A DNA stretch of 61,515 nucleotides, the filler included. It is 6 parts of 6 records of this genome, joined end to end, with 100 filler letters (N's around TTAATTAATTAA, not from the genome) between each part and the next. Parts side by side here need not be neighbours in the genome. Positions count along the whole stretch, not along the records: positions 57,158 to 61,515 come from SRR20825010_203; 5 more parts are not named here. One strand, 5' to 3'. Under the pieces are notes generated by a model, which was not told the origin of the DNA, did no database searches, and saw nothing but the letters and a program-made list of their open reading frames with translations. Positions 61,021 through 61,515 of the stretch are shown piece after piece; within the stretch, counting starts at the first letter, position 1; the number at the start of each line of letters is the position of its first letter. Made by a program: the position numbers and the translations under genes.

Positions 61021-61103
61021 GGCAGCCGATGGAGGCGCCCCTACCTTCATCGTGCCAAGCCCTGACCCTAAAGAGGATTGCTGCCCGGCGATCCTCTTTT
61101 TTT
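61021..61103 (+). ncRNA. Candidate sRNA 1 (C-rich loop hairpin plus terminator)
   Basis: CGATGGAGG-CGCCCCTA-CCTTCATCG hairpin; AAAGAGGATTGCTG/CGGCGATCCTCTTT terminator with T7. Confidence 0.6.
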
Positions 61104-61113
61104 GTGCGATGGC

Positions 61114-61138
61114 GGAACCATCATCGCCGTCCGGCATT
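61114..61138 (+). promoter_or_regulatory. Second EcfG-type promoter
   Basis: GGAAC-N16-CATT. Confidence 0.5.
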
Positions 61139-61143
61139 TATTG

Positions 61144-61222
61144 GGAACGCGGATGCGTTTCCCCCAAGCGCTTTCGCTATCAGAAAGGCCGGGAGCCCCA
61201 AAGGCTTCCCGGTCTTTCCTCG
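61144..61222 (+). ncRNA. Candidate sRNA 2 (C-rich loop hairpin plus terminator-like hairpin)
   Basis: GCGGATGCGT-TTCCCCCAA-GCGCTTTCGC imperfect hairpin; GAAAGGCCGGGAGCC/GGCTTCCCGGTCTTTC hairpin. Confidence 0.48.
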
Positions 61223-61251
61223 TTCGGGGCGGGATTTCAGGATCGCTCGGA

Positions 61252-61515
61252 TCAGGTGATGTGGCTGCCGTCGATGCGCAGGGCATAGTCCACGCGGCTG
61301 CCATTGACCGCAAGCTCGCCCATTCCATCCACCGCCAGCGGCACGACGCTTTCGAGAAATTTGCGGGTCAGCGGCTCGATCTCGTGGGCCGTCGATCCGG
61401 CGCCCAGCCGTTCGGTCCATTTGATGATCAGATTGCGCCCGCCATCCGACCGCGATTCGACGCTGAACGCCACGTTGATGGCCCCGTCGCCGGGATACAA
61501 CTGGCCGTTGCGAAC
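61252..61515 (-). CDS. C-terminal fragment resembling an HWE/HisKA2 kinase ATPase domain
   Basis: G.I.V.F......L.I.WTE and LESVVPLAVDG...L pattern; truncated by window end. Confidence 0.55.
   Translation of the reverse strand, partial: VRNGQLYPGDGAINVAFSVESRSDGGRNLIIKWTERLGAGSTAHEIEPLTRKFLESVVPLAVDGMGELAVNGSRVDYALRIDGSHIT

Noticed and set aside
61021-61103. Assignment of sRNA 1 to MmgR/suhB or to CCUCCUCCC-loop families
   Set aside because: The characteristic UUUCCUCCCU or CCUCCUCCC motifs are absent; left unassigned pending an Rfam search.
1-61515. CRISPR arrays, tRNA or rRNA genes, transposases, integrases
   Set aside because: None recognised by reading; no regular repeat-spacer pattern or recombinase motifs seen.

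Overview
The window is not one locus. It is six contigs joined by artificial 100-nt linkers (N44-TTAATTAATTAA-N44) at 17604-17703, 27315-27414, 34784-34883, 39097-39196 and 57058-57157. Contigs 1, 2 and 5 look like Flavobacteriaceae (T9SS genes, TAnnTTTG promoters), contigs 3 and 4 like a GC-rich gammaproteobacterium, and contig 6 like an alphaproteobacterium. Most genes are housekeeping. The strongest signal is in contig 2. An AT-rich Gabija-like pair (OLD-family nuclease plus UvrD helicase) is bracketed by complementary core sequences (GTTATGGAAAATGC ... GCACTTTCCATAAC). It is followed by a ~131-bp attC-like hairpin and preceded by a perfect palindrome. It heads a co-oriented run of DUF2130 and two unknown genes with eroded junctions, which together suggest an integron-like cassette array in a Bacteroidota genome with no integrase on the contig. 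The second signal is in contig 6: two tandem candidate small RNAs, each behind a GGAAC-N16-C(G/A)TT general-stress (EcfG-type) promoter, each with a C-rich loop and a terminator, next to glgP-glgB. Smaller items include LytTR-type direct repeats, twin NemR-type operators and an exported MsrB lacking its zinc ligands. All calls come from reading the sequence; no searches were run.
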